NCBI GenBank assembly: GCA_038087875.1
Contig: CM075988.1
Location: 3,968,001 to 4,032,000 of the forward strand
Length of the DNA: 64,000 nt
Source: Malacoraja senta
Taxonomy: Eukaryota
Direction of reading: 5' to 3'
The translations under genes were made by a program, and so were the position numbers. The notes under the pieces were generated by a model that saw only the letters and a program-made list of their open reading frames with translations, made no database searches and was not told where the DNA came from. Below are positions 60,935 through 64,000 of this stretch, piece after piece. How positions within the stretch are numbered: position 1 is the stretch's first letter; each line of letters starts with the position of its first letter.

Positions 60935-61229
60935 GCATGGACGGCGCAGCGGTAGAGAGACCCGAGTTCGATCCTGAGTATAGGGTGTTGTTTGTATGGA
61001 GTTTGTACGTTCTCCCCATGACCAAGTGGGTCTTCTCTGAGATCTTCGCTTTCCCCCCCACACTCCAAAGACGTACAGGGTTTGTAGGTTAATTGGCTTG
61101 GTATAAATATAAATTGTCTCCAGTGTGTGTACGATTGTGTTAGTCTGCGGGGACCGATGGTAGGTGCGGACTCAGTGGGCCGAAGGGACCTGCTTCCGCA
61201 TGGTATCTCTAAACTAAACTAAACCAAAC
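60935..61229 (+). mobile_element. HE1 SINE
   Basis: B-box AGTTCGATCC, core, taaac tail. Confidence 0.85.
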
Positions 61230-61366
61230 AAGGTAGATTTAGGATGGGGTATCTTCCTGCTCGGAAACTGCACCTGAGATTTATATGAGGGGATATTTTA
61301 GGACCGACACAAAAAGCTGGAGTAACTCGGCGGGTCAGGCAGCATCTCTGGAGAAAAGGAGTGGGT

Positions 61367-61394
61367 GACGTTTCGGGTCGAGACCCTTCTTCAG
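61367..61394 (-). ncRNA. Minimal hammerhead ribozyme core
   Basis: Reverse complement CTGAAGAAGGGTCTCGACCCGAAACGTC. Confidence 0.6.
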
Positions 61395-61962
61395 TCCTTT
61401 TGGGATCTTGGGATACCGAGTCAAAAGATGGGAGCGTTAATTACAGCATTGATTTAAACATCGGTGGAGATTTGGGTGCTATTTCCTGTCTGTTGCGATG
61501 TTTATTTTCCCTTTTAAGACTGAATTCCGAGCTCTATATGACAGCCATTAATCAGCCCCCCTGCTGGTGTAAATGAGCAGCTGTAACTAAAGTAGGTTGA
61601 ATTAAAATATATAACTACCATGCAGGAGTCTTCTGCTTCAAAGCAAAAGAACAGTTGATTTCCACAGGGCTCGGCACTAGGGAGGCGGTGAGGGTGAATG
61701 AATGAATGCCGAGGATATGATCCAATGTGAGCTGTTCCTCAGCTCACACAGACAAAGGTGTTCACATCTGTATGCACGCTCCACAGATAACAGCTGTTTT
61801 TGGACAGCTTGTTTCAGTCGGGGTAACACCAGTGAGGCAGGCAAATTTCTCACTGCCAGATAAGGGACAAACCGTGGGGTGCTGCGGGCAAGGTGGGGGC
61901 CCAGGATGAAGTGACTGAGGGGGCTGGCAGCTAGCTGATGGTGACAGGGACCTTGTTCAAAC

Positions 61963-62055
61963 GAGAGAGAGGGAGAGAGGGAGAGAGGGAGAGAGGGAGA
62001 GGGGGAGAGAGGGGGGAGAGAGGGAGAGGGAGAGGGAGAGGGAGAGGGGGAGGGG

Positions 62056-62086
<31 letters not shown>

Positions 62087-62307
62087 AGAGGGAGAGGGAG
62101 AGAGGGAGGGAGGGAGGAGGGAGGGAGGGAGGGAGGGAGGGAGAGGGAGAGGGAGAGGAGAGGGAGGGAGGGAGGGAGGGAGGGAGGGAGGGAGGGAGGG
62201 AGGGGGAGAGGGAGGGAGGGAGGGAGGGAGGGAGGGAGGGAGAGAGGGAGGGAGGGAGGGAGGGAGGGAGGGAGGGAGGGAGAGAGGGAGAGAGGGAGAG
62301 AGGGAGA

Positions 62308-62372
<65 letters not shown>
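61963..62372. repeat. Compound (GGGA)n/(GA)n polypurine tract
   Basis: ~410 bp of only G/A. Confidence 0.98.
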
Positions 62373-62375
<3 letters not shown>

Positions 62376-62646
62376 AACCCTGAAGAGGTAAACAAATCCA
62401 ATATATGAACCACGTATACATATCTTCAGTGTTATATATGAAGTGTAACACCAAATTATAACAAAGCATAATACAGAGCATAATCTGACTACCAGTCACA
62501 CGTGAAACAACACCAAATCACCCTATCTGTATGTGCCGTTAGAGTAGACATATGATCACTGCAAACGAGGAAAAGAAGGGGGAACTCACCAAGTCTACTT
62601 TTGCCATGGATATTTCTTGCTGCTCACCATACAACTGATGCGCATA

Positions 62647-63502
62647 AGTCAAGTCAAGTCACATTTATTTATGTAGCACATTTAAAAAACAACTCTCGTT
62701 GGCCAAAGTGCTTTACATTTGTTATAAGAATAACACAACAAAACAAACTACATACATATATACATGTAGCCCTCACTCAGAGGACGTCAGGAAATGCTTG
62801 GGAGTATAGATAAGTCTTTAGTCTTGACTTAAAGGAGTCGATGGAGGGGGCAGTTCTGATGGGAAGGGGGATGCTGTTCCACAGTCTAGGGGCTGCAACC
62901 ACAAAGGCGCGGTCGCCCCTGAGCGTATGCCTAGACCGTGGGATATTCAGCAACCCCAAGTCGGCCGATCTGAGGGGCCGGGAGGTGGAGTGGTGGGTGA
63001 GAAGACTTTTTATGTAGGTGGGGGCAAGCCCATTGAGGGCTTTGTAGACATGGAGGAGGATCTTGAAGTTTATACGGAACCGCACAGGGAGCCAGTGGAG
63101 AGAGGCCAGGATCGGGGTGATGTGGTCCCTTTTTCGGGTGCCCGTCAGGAGTCTCGCTGCGGCGTTTTGGACCAGTTGGAGGCGGGACAGGGAAGATTGG
63201 CTGATGCCAGTGTAAAGGGAGTTGCAGTAATCTAGGCGGGAGGAGATGAATGTGTGGATGATCTTTTCCAGGTCATCAAACTGGAGGAATTGTTTTATTT
63301 TAGCTATCGTCCGAAGCTGGAAGAAGCTAGCTTTTACCACGGCATTGACTTGTTTGTCAAATTTCAGCGCTGAGTCAAATATCACGCCACGGTTTTTGAC
63401 GTGAGGTTTGAGTAGTGGGGTAAGGCTTCAAAGCCTGCCTGCTATCATTTTGATTGAGTCCGAGAGGCCGAGGAGGATGACCTCAGACTTACTCTCGTTT
63501 AA
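62647..63502 (-). mobile_element. L2-clade LINE, 5'-truncated, (GACTT)n tail
   Basis: ORF 62777-63385: SRLDYCNSLY..LQLVQNAAARLL..HITPILASLHWLPV..FKILL..APRLWNSIP; 3' TGTAAAGCACTTTG..AATAAA. Confidence 0.93.
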
Positions 63503-63670
63503 GTCTCGTTCAGAGCATAAAGGGGGCCTGTGATTGGATGGCAGGTGAATCACTCGTGCGTGGCGTCAACACCACATGCAGCACGCACGCACGCACGCAC
63601 GCACGCTGTTGTATCAGATCTAGAATCTGTCTGCAAACGAGCCCTCTGGTGATTACAGTGTAGTAGCAGT

Positions 63671-63770
63671 CAAATACGGGACAAGGGCAGTCCCATACGG
63701 GACAAACCAACATAGCCCAATATACGGGATGTCCCGGCTAATACGGGACAGTTGACAAAGAGTCCCGTAT
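63671..63770. mobile_element. Possible hAT-type MITE end with ATACGGGAC subterminal repeats
   Basis: Four ATACGGGA copies ending AATACGGGACAGTTG; TIR and TSD not seen. Confidence 0.4.
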
Positions 63771-64000
63771 CAGAGTGTCAAGCCTGTCTCCGTATGCCAG
63801 CTCTATTTTCAGTCCTAGAAATGCAATACTGCAGTCAGTCCTAGATTTGCAAAATGCTGGAGTAACTCAGCGGGACAGGCAGAATCTTTGGATAGAAGGA
63901 ATGGGTGACGTTTCAGATCAAGACCCTTCTTCAGACTGGAGGGTCTCGACCCATAACGTCACCCATTCCTTCTCTCCAGAGATGCTGCCTGTCCCGCTGA

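Noticed and set aside
61931..62499. Pro/Ser/Leu- and Arg/Gly/Glu-rich ORFs (also 54191-54832, 26370-26663)
   Set aside because: Translations of simple repeats

Overview
Eukaryotic, repeat-dominated vertebrate genomic DNA with one 200-N assembly gap (23333-23532). The repeat content points to a cartilaginous fish, probably a skate/ray; this is inferred from HE1-type tRNA/V-SINEs and their CR1/HER1 partner LINE. I found no convincing host protein-coding exon, and every recognisable ORF is a transposon fragment. The window contains more than 20 HE1 SINEs, many CR1 fragments, and Rex1/Babar, RTE, L2 and Tx1 LINE fragments. DNA elements include six PIF/Harbinger-type MITEs and a hAT MITE, and there is a probable solo LTR plus several mini/microsatellites. 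A few unique TAAT-rich islands look like conserved non-coding enhancers. The most striking system is a very abundant Penelope-like (GIY-YIG) family whose pseudo-LTR carries a minimal type I hammerhead ribozyme core (CTGAAGA-A-GGGT-YYCG-RCCY-GAAA-CG-TH). This pLTR also occurs as short self-complementary fold-back units, inverted at the ribozyme edge and flanked by 12-15 bp target-site duplications. The same pLTR is repeatedly hit by other transposons at almost the same nucleotide. Coordinates of degraded repeat copies are approximate; family assignments come from recognising motifs by eye, not from database searches.
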